Part shown: positions 57,500 to 64,000 of the stretch, piece after piece | How the letters are laid out: every line of letters begins with the position of its first letter | How positions within the stretch are numbered: position 1 is the first letter of the stretch | Assembly: GCA_030599585.1 (NCBI GenBank) | Contig: JAUVNS010000003.1 | Location: 96,001 to 160,000 of the forward strand | DNA length: 64,000 nt | Direction of reading: 5' to 3' | Source of the DNA: Promethearchaeota archaeon | Lineage (GTDB): Archaea; Asgardarchaeota; Lokiarchaeia; Sigyniarchaeales; SOKP01 | Program-made: the position numbers and the translations under genes | Notes under the pieces: generated by a model | Database searches by the model: none | Seen by the model: only the letters and a program-made list of their open reading frames with translations | Told to the model about the DNA's origin: nothing

Positions 57500-58969
57500 T
57501 TGATCTACGATGTAATTATTATAGGTGGTGGGGTAACTGGTTGCTGTATCGCGCGAAATCTTTCAAAATACGATTTGAAGATCGCTTTACTGGAAAAAGA
57601 AGCTGATATAGCATCAGGTACTACTAAAGCGAATTCTGGTGTAGTTCACGCAGGATTTGCTTCCCCAAGAGAATATGTAAAGCGGGATATGTGTATCAAA
57701 AGTAATAAATTATATACTCAAGCGTTTGAGGAACTAAACTTTTCTTTTCAAAGAATAGGTTCTTTTGTAGTAGCTTTGGAAGATAACCAAATTAAAAAAT
57801 TAGAAGAACAGAGGAGACAAGGCACACAAGATGGAGTTCCGGGGTTAGAAGTTATCCTCGACAAGAAAAAAATAAAATATATGGAACCAAATTTAACAGA
57901 CGACGTTGTAGGCGTGTTACACGCCCCAACTGCAGGAATTGTAAGTCCTTATGGTATGACTTACGCGCTAGCTGAGAATGCTGCTATGAATGGTGTAAAA
58001 TTCTTTCGAAATCAGAAAGTAAGAAGAATTAAACACCAAAATTACACTTTTATTATTAAAACTAAGGATAAAGAATTTAAAGCAACTAATGTGATTAACG
58101 CGGCGGGGGTTTACGGGGCGAAGATATCAAAAATGGTTGGTTTAGACTACTTCAATATCATGCCAAGAAAAGGTGAATATATTCTCTTTGATAGAAACGC
58201 TATGCATTTAAACAAAATATTATTTCCGACTCCAACAAAAGTCTCTAAAGGTATTTTAGTATGTCCGACCGTGAGTGGAAATACTTTTGTTGGACCTAAC
58301 GCACAAAATATTACCGATAAGAAAGATATCTCTACTACGGAAGCAGGGTTAAAAGAAATTTTAGAAGGTGGAAGACATTTGGTACCAAATTTACCCTTAA
58401 GAGCTTCTATCAGGAATTTTGCAGGTCTAAGGGCAGTTCCAGACACGTACGATTTTATTATTGATAACACAGATGTTTTTGGATTTATTAATGTAGTTGG
58501 TATTTTATCCCCCGGATTAACTTCATGTTATGCCATTGCAGAACGAGTTACTGAATTTCTAGAACTACTAGGGGCAAATATGACGGTTAAGGAGGATTAC
58601 AATCCTATTCGACCAAAACTTGATAAATTCAAAGATTTCAGTAAAATAGAATTAGATAAGAAAATAAAAGAAGATCCCGCTTGGGGAAGAATTATCTGTC
58701 GTTGCGAGACAATTCCAGAAAAAGAAATACTAAACGCTATCCATTCCCCCGTTGGAGCAACAACAACAGATGGAATAAAATTTCGATGCCGACCCGGAAT
58801 GGGAAGGTGTCAGGGTGGTTTTTGTAGACCAAGGCTAATCGAGATTCTTTCAAGAGAATTGAATATTCCCTATGAAGATGTAGTGAAAACTGGTGAAGAA
58901 ACTAATTTTCTTGTGGCGAAAACAAAAGAAATTGTGCTTCGAAGCTTAGAAGGAGGTAGTGAAGAGTGA
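57500..58969 (+). CDS. GlpA-like FAD oxidoreductase with BFD-like [2Fe-2S] domain (putative glycerol-3-phosphate dehydrogenase subunit)
   Basis: GGGVTG, TKANSG.VHAG, SPGLT, ICRCE...GMGRCQGGFC. Confidence 0.85.
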   Translation: MIYDVIIIGGGVTGCCIARNLSKYDLKIALLEKEADIASGTTKANSGVVHAGFASPREYVKRDMCIKSNKLYTQAFEELNFSFQRIGSFVVALEDNQIKKLEEQRRQGTQDGVPGLEVILDKKKIKYMEPNLTDDVVGVLHAPTAGIVSPYGMTYALAENAAMNGVKFFRNQKVRRIKHQNYTFIIKTKDKEFKATNVINAAGVYGAKISKMVGLDYFNIMPRKGEYILFDRNAMHLNKILFPTPTKVSKGILVCPTVSGNTFVGPNAQNITDKKDISTTEAGLKEILEGGRHLVPNLPLRASIRNFAGLRAVPDTYDFIIDNTDVFGFINVVGILSPGLTSCYAIAERVTEFLELLGANMTVKEDYNPIRPKLDKFKDFSKIELDKKIKEDPAWGRIICRCETIPEKEILNAIHSPVGATTTDGIKFRCRPGMGRCQGGFCRPRLIEILSRELNIPYEDVVKTGEETNFLVAKTKEIVLRSLEGGSEE

Positions 58970-60264
58970 AAAAATACAAATCCGATGTGGTTGTTATTGG
59001 TGCCGGAGCAGGAGGATTAGCAGCAGCTATTGAAGTAAAGAAGGCTGGACTTGAAGTTTTACTCATTGAAAGGGATAAAGAGCTAGGTGGGATAACGCTG
59101 CAATGTATTCACAATGGATTCGGATTAAAAGAATTTGAAGAAGAATTAACTGGTCCTGAATATGCTCAAAGATTCATAAACCAAGTAAAAGAATTGAAAA
59201 TCCCTTACTTATTGGATTCTATGGTAATTGAAATTACAAAAGAAAAATTGGTCTATGCCGTTAATAGAAACGAAGGTTTAATTGAAATAAAAGCAAAAGC
59301 GATTATTTTGGCTATGGGTTGTCGTGAAAAAACCAGAGGGGCTATAAACATACCTGGTTTTCGCCCTGCAGGCATCTATACCGCTGGACAGGCTCAAAGA
59401 TTCGTTAATATTGAAGGGTATCTACCGGGAAATACCTATGTAATCCTTGGAAGTGGAGATATTGGGATGATAATGGCTCGAAGATTGACATGGGAAGGCT
59501 GTAAAGTAAAGGCTGTAGTTGAAATACAATCTTACGTTAGCGGTCTGCTTCGAAATCAAGTCCAATGCTTAGAAGATTACGATATCCCCCTTATCACTGG
59601 TTTTACAGTTACTAAAATACACGGACGTGAACGAATTAAAGGAGTAACGATATCTAAAGTAAGTAGAAATTTCGATCGAATAATAGGCTCAGATAAATTT
59701 ATTGAATGCGACACGCTGCTATTATCTGTAGGTTTAATCCCTGAAAACGAATTAACACTCGAAGCTGGAGCGAAAATATCACAAAATGGTGGTCCTCTTG
59801 TTGACGAAAATTTGGAAACTACTATAGATGGAATATTTGCTTGTGGGAATGTTTTACAAGTTCACGATTTGGTTGATATGGTAACTGCTGAAGCTAAAAG
59901 AGCTGGTAAAAACGCAATAGAATATCTCGATACGAGATACGGCAAAGAACTGAAGAAGCAAAAAAAATTTAAGTGCATCTCTGGGGAAAATGTTGGTTAT
60001 GTAAAGCCAGATGTAATAAATAAAACTGATATATCAAAAGACATATATTTTACTTTCAGAGTTAAATACCCCGCGAGAAGAGTTTTAATCCAATTCAAAG
60101 ACGAAAATAATAACATAATTTATAGTAGAAAAAAGATATATGTAATTCCGAGCGAGATGATCGAATTGAACCTAAACTTAGAAGAAGCAAATGTGAATCC
60201 AAATAGCAAATCTATTACAATAGAAGTTATTCCTCGACCAGAGGTATTAATAGAGGAGGATTAA
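58966..60264 (+). CDS. NAD(P)/FAD-dependent oxidoreductase (partner subunit)
   Basis: GAGAGG, QCIHNGFG, LTGPEYA, GSGDIG, CGNVLQVHDLVD; GTGA overlap with upstream gene. Confidence 0.88.
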   Translation: MKKYKSDVVVIGAGAGGLAAAIEVKKAGLEVLLIERDKELGGITLQCIHNGFGLKEFEEELTGPEYAQRFINQVKELKIPYLLDSMVIEITKEKLVYAVNRNEGLIEIKAKAIILAMGCREKTRGAINIPGFRPAGIYTAGQAQRFVNIEGYLPGNTYVILGSGDIGMIMARRLTWEGCKVKAVVEIQSYVSGLLRNQVQCLEDYDIPLITGFTVTKIHGRERIKGVTISKVSRNFDRIIGSDKFIECDTLLLSVGLIPENELTLEAGAKISQNGGPLVDENLETTIDGIFACGNVLQVHDLVDMVTAEAKRAGKNAIEYLDTRYGKELKKQKKFKCISGENVGYVKPDVINKTDISKDIYFTFRVKYPARRVLIQFKDENNNIIYSRKKIYVIPSEMIELNLNLEEANVNPNSKSITIEVIPRPEVLIEED

Positions 60265-60285
60265 TTAATAGAGGAGAAGAGAAGA

Positions 60286-60666
60286 ATGAGTGAAAGTAGT
60301 GCGAGTGTAGTAAAAGTAATAAGGTGTATAGTATGTCCTACTGGTTGCCAAATACAAGCCATTTCAAAGGGTTCCGATATAGTATTTGAAGGATATACTT
60401 GTGAAAGAGGATTGGAATACGCAAAACAGGAATTTTACGAGCCTAAAAGAATTCTTACAACTACCATTAGAGTTGAGGATGGATTTTTACCCTTGATTCC
60501 TGTAAGAACAGATAAGCCAATCCTTAAAGATAAGTTAAGAGAAGCACTAAACGAGATTGCTAAAACTGTGGTAAAAGCCCCAGTAAAAATGGGAGATATT
60601 TTGATCGAAAACATCCTCGAATTAGATTCAAATCTTATAGCTAGTAGAGATTTGCCCAAAAAATAA
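60286..60666 (+). CDS. DUF1667 CxxC metal-binding protein
   Basis: CIVCPTGC...G..C.RG..YA..E...PKR.LTTT. Confidence 0.88.
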   Translation: MSESSASVVKVIRCIVCPTGCQIQAISKGSDIVFEGYTCERGLEYAKQEFYEPKRILTTTIRVEDGFLPLIPVRTDKPILKDKLREALNEIAKTVVKAPVKMGDILIENILELDSNLIASRDLPKK

Positions 60667-60699
60667 TCTTAATAAATACGTAGAGAACCTTAGGATATA

Positions 60700-61149
60700 A
60701 TGGTAGAATTGGATCAAATCTATTTGGTGCATGAAAATTTATATATTGGTGCATATTGGCCAAGACTAAACTTTGAGAAATTTAAAGAGATAGGTATTTC
60801 CGCTATTGTGAATTTAATGGAAGAAAATTACTATGATCCTACAGATCAAGGATTTAATTATCTTTTTAAAGGATTCCCTGACGAATGGTATCCTCCACAT
60901 AGCTCCATTAGTGAGATTTTAGATTTTATAGATAATAACATTGAACATGGAAAAGTCTTGGTCCATTGCGCAATGGGTATTTCCAGAAGTGGAGGTCTTA
61001 TTGTAGCTTGGTTGTTAAAGAATAATCCAAATTGGAGTTGGAATGATGCAATGAATTATATAAATAAATCAAGATTGATTTTTCCTGCCATCGAAATAAG
61101 AGAGTCGGTACTCGATTATTTTGAATCTATTGATGGATTTAGAAGATAG
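60700..61149 (+). CDS. Dual-specificity protein phosphatase
   Basis: VLVHCAMGISRS (HCx5R) and FPD acid loop. Confidence 0.9.
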   Translation: MVELDQIYLVHENLYIGAYWPRLNFEKFKEIGISAIVNLMEENYYDPTDQGFNYLFKGFPDEWYPPHSSISEILDFIDNNIEHGKVLVHCAMGISRSGGLIVAWLLKNNPNWSWNDAMNYINKSRLIFPAIEIRESVLDYFESIDGFRR

Positions 61150-61244
61150 GTTTGTTCTTTTTTTATCTATTTTGCTTTAACACAAATTTATATTAATATT
61201 CTAAAATTATTTTATTAGTATTTATTCCTATTAATGAACATATT

Positions 61245-61532
61245 ATGCCTGGTCAACATAAAAATCTTAAATCTGAGAGAATTCAAATATATTTTGACTG
61301 TATTTGTGGTTCCGTATGCTCAATATCAGCTCTTATTGGTATATTCTTTTTTACACAACAAGAGGGGATTCTATACCCCGCTTCATTCACATTAGGCCTT
61401 ATTTTTTGGGTTGGTTATTTAGGATTATCTGTATTCATAATAGGATTAGGAATATATACGTATTACCGAGAAAAGAGTTTTAACCCTGACGCAATTCCTA
61501 AAAAGAAGTTAAGAGCACCTATAGTAGGATAA
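61245..61532 (+). CDS. Small two-TM membrane protein
   Basis: Two hydrophobic segments and a basic tail. Confidence 0.65.
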   Translation: MPGQHKNLKSERIQIYFDCICGSVCSISALIGIFFFTQQEGILYPASFTLGLIFWVGYLGLSVFIIGLGIYTYYREKSFNPDAIPKKKLRAPIVG

Positions 61533-61667
61533 TCTTCAAAATTCCTATTTTAACGCTCTTTCAAATTATTCTGAATTTCTATTTTTTACATATATTTTTA
61601 TTATCTTGCTTAGATCATTTAATAAATTATATTATTTCCAGATAATAAAGAACGAGGAAAAATTAAA

Positions 61668-62003
61668 TTGACTGAATTCGAGAAAGATATTTTAAGTCTA
61701 CTCAGAAAAATTGACGAAAAATTAGATAAACTTTTAGGTACTAGCAGTTTAGAAGCAGAATCGGCTAAAACCGCAACTCCACAAGAGGATGAATATGTAA
61801 AACCCTCTGCTGTTGTTGAAAAACAGGATGAAGAAGAAAAAGCATTGATCAAACCTCCCGTTGAAGGACGAAGAATTTGTCCTGCATGTGGAGGAATAAC
61901 ATTCAACGCAGAAGAAGATAAATCTCAAGTATTATTTCAGCAAGGTGGAATGAAAATTTTCGCTAAACGGTATATTTGTAAAAATTGTGGAACAGAAGCC
62001 TAA
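61668..62003 (+). CDS. Coiled-coil plus C-terminal zinc-ribbon protein
   Basis: LLRKIDEKLDKLL; CPACG...KRYICKNCG. Confidence 0.75.
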   Translation: MTEFEKDILSLLRKIDEKLDKLLGTSSLEAESAKTATPQEDEYVKPSAVVEKQDEEEKALIKPPVEGRRICPACGGITFNAEEDKSQVLFQQGGMKIFAKRYICKNCGTEA

Positions 62004-62257
62004 TACAAAACAGCAAAAAATTAATTTCAATAAGTACTTCCAAAGAATCGTTGTAATTAACGATGAATTTACAACGATTAGGAAATTATTTTCATTAACT
62101 TCATCTAAATTAAGTATCTCAAGATACGTAATAGGAATGCCAAAGTAACTCAATATAATACTTTCTGGTTTAACTATACAAATCCAATTGGAAGTTGTTA
62201 ATTACCAATAATAAAATTTAATTTTAATCTTACTTTTCTCTTTGTAGTGATTGATTT

Positions 62258-62896
62258 ATGGCTAACGAAGAAATAATTATCCAAATTATGTTTATTACTC
62301 TAGCAATGGTTGGTTTAAGCGAGATTCTCAACAGAGTTTTCGGTTTAAATATGGACACTGCAAGAGAAATGAAAGAAAATTCAAGGAACCTACAAGAACG
62401 AATGAAAACTGCCAGACTTACAGGAAATCCTCAAGAAATGGCTGAACTTCAACAAGAATCAATAGCATTGACGAAAGTAATGATGAAAAAGCAAATGATC
62501 CCCTCATGTGTAAGATGTGCTATTTTCATGGGGATATTTGGGTTGATAGGTGGTATTTACATAGCTTACGGAAAGGATTTGCTTCCGTTTCCAATTTTGT
62601 TCTTTGGTACTGGTTGGTTTGCTGTATACTTCTTGTTCTCAATCAGTTTTAGTCTTATTCTCTATGGATTAAAAAGACTTTATAGAAAACTAACTGGCAA
62701 AGAAGACAAGCGAAAAAAAGCATCAAAAGAAATTTTAGGCATGCTATCTCCAGATTCAGGAAGTCAGGGAGGTAATCTCCAGCTAACAAGACCAATTCCT
62801 AATAGATCCTTACCTGAATATGACGCTGATGGTGAGAAAGAGGATAGCGATGGACAACCTAAGAGCGATTCATGGAAAGATCGATTAAAAAGCTAA
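62258..62896 (+). CDS. EMC3/TMCO1/Get1 (DUF106, Oxa1 superfamily) membrane protein
   Basis: TM1, Met/Gln-rich coiled coil (LQERMK...ELQQE...MMKKQM.P), TM2, GWFAVYFLFS TM3. Confidence 0.78.
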   Translation: MANEEIIIQIMFITLAMVGLSEILNRVFGLNMDTAREMKENSRNLQERMKTARLTGNPQEMAELQQESIALTKVMMKKQMIPSCVRCAIFMGIFGLIGGIYIAYGKDLLPFPILFFGTGWFAVYFLFSISFSLILYGLKRLYRKLTGKEDKRKKASKEILGMLSPDSGSQGGNLQLTRPIPNRSLPEYDADGEKEDSDGQPKSDSWKDRLKS

Positions 62897-62928
62897 TTAC
62901 ATCAAAAACTAAATTCATCTGATTACAA

Positions 62929-63408
62929 ATGGCAGAAAATAATGTTATGAAGAAACAGATGATCCTCTATTTTATTTTTGCGGCGTGTATGATCCTCTTA
63001 AATTATATCATACAAAAAATTAATGAACTTGTTATTTCTCCCTTCATCTGTTCTGTATTCGGAGGAAATGATTTTATTCAAACTTTATATTGTTCTACAA
63101 ACCCGATAAATATGCCCGAACTAATAGGTTCTATCGTGGCAGTCGGAATAACTTATGTTATTAAGTTTTTCTTAGATAAGTACCTGGTCTTCAAAAAAAC
63201 CAGTTTAAAGATCAAAGAAACTTCACAAGAGTTTTTCAAATACTTTGGATTTGCTATTTTAACGACGATTGAAAATATTGGCATCCAATTTATCTTAACC
63301 AACCTTTTTAATGCTCCGATAGAGCTAAGCATTATCGTCGCATTGTCTATTGGTTATGTAACTAAATTTTTTTTAGACAGAAAATATGTATTCACCAAGG
63401 AATACTGA
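62929..63408 (+). CDS. GtrA family membrane protein (putative lipid-linked sugar flippase)
   Basis: Duplicated KFFLDKYLVF / KFFLDRKYVF motif, four TM helices. Confidence 0.82.
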   Translation: MAENNVMKKQMILYFIFAACMILLNYIIQKINELVISPFICSVFGGNDFIQTLYCSTNPINMPELIGSIVAVGITYVIKFFLDKYLVFKKTSLKIKETSQEFFKYFGFAILTTIENIGIQFILTNLFNAPIELSIIVALSIGYVTKFFLDRKYVFTKEY

Positions 63409-63497
63409 GTTTATTATAAAGTAGGCTGATAGGTTTAAAATTAGCAGAATCTTACTCCATTAATTTTTAATACTATAAATTTCTTATTTTTAATATT

Positions 63498-64000
63498 ATG
63501 CCAGACGAACAGCGGGATCAAAAGGAAGAAGACTCATCGATGGTAGATGCGTTAAGTTCCCTTGGATGGATAGAAGAGAGGGAGGAAGAACATGAACCCC
63601 CCATTTCCGATGAAGAAGCGTTAAAAGAACAGCTAAATATCTTTAGAGAACAGAACAAACAACTAACTGAAGAAATAAATAATCTTAAGGAAGAAAATGA
63701 AAGCCTCAAAGCAGTAACAGGTTCTTTTCAACACGATAAGGAAAAAACCATTCAAATATCAAAAGAAAACAATGAGACAATAGAAAATTTACTGCAAACA
63801 GTTGTTCAAAAAGACGATCTAATAAAAGATCTCGAATCAAAAATCGACTTCTTAAATGAAACTCAAGTAAATGATTCAGAGAGTAGCTTATCAATTCAAA
63901 ATAAAGAAAAGGAAATCGAAGCGCTAAAATCTCAGTTAGAGGATAAAAATAATAACATTTTAGAATTCAAAACCTCCAACAAAGAGAAAGAACAGGTGAT
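63498..64000 (+). CDS. Coiled-coil protein, runs off the window
   Basis: Manual translation MPDEQRDQKEEDSSMVDALSSLGWIEE...LKEQLNIFREQNKQLTEEINNLKEENESL...; open to the window end. Confidence 0.8.
   Translation, partial: MPDEQRDQKEEDSSMVDALSSLGWIEEREEEHEPPISDEEALKEQLNIFREQNKQLTEEINNLKEENESLKAVTGSFQHDKEKTIQISKENNETIENLLQTVVQKDDLIKDLESKIDFLNETQVNDSESSLSIQNKEKEIEALKSQLEDKNNNILEFKTSNKEKEQV

Noticed and set aside
3716-63408. Selenocysteine read-through at TGA stops (e.g. 3937, 13457, 39652, 63408)
   Set aside because: The proteins appear complete at these stops and none is a known selenoprotein family; no SECIS was recognised.
1076-63894. Many short antisense or alternative-frame ORFs in the track (e.g. 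1076-1279, 1922-2260, 41578-42087, 47335-47778, 53323-53730, 63518-63894)
   Set aside because: They overlap well-supported genes on the other strand or frame and carry no motifs; shadow ORFs.

Overview
AT-rich archaeal chromosomal segment, most likely from an Asgard archaeon of the Lokiarchaeia type. The evidence is archaeal information-processing genes together with roadblock, longin, Rab-like GTPase, gelsolin-like and EMC3-family genes. All assignments are by motif recognition; no searches were run. 1-8.4 kb: a rearranged core cluster (rpoE1, spt4, dephospho-CoA kinase, rps24e, rps27ae, kae1, bud32, rps28e, rpl7ae, rpoN, rpl24e, rps6e). 8.6-18 kb: gelsolin-like gene, radical SAM, fae-hps, and a divergent regulatory locus. 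That locus holds a TrmB-like protein with a ~500-aa helical insert on one side. On the other side are two single-pass membrane proteins with apparently paralogous ectodomains: one has a juxtamembrane HFS autoproteolysis-like motif, the other a cytoplasmic double winged helix. 18-44 kb: peptide, amino-acid and acyl-CoA catabolism, including a dense peptidase cluster. 44-64 kb: proS, a degenerate PlsY fused to a lipid kinase, TFB, a longin-GTPase, larA, a GlpA-like three-gene operon, a dual-specificity phosphatase, EMC3-like and GtrA genes. No rRNA, tRNA, CRISPR array or transposase was recognised. Best novelty candidates: the 16.0-18.1 kb transmembrane signalling pair, the TrmB coiled-coil protein, the PlsY-kinase fusion and an apparent ATT start for rpoE1.
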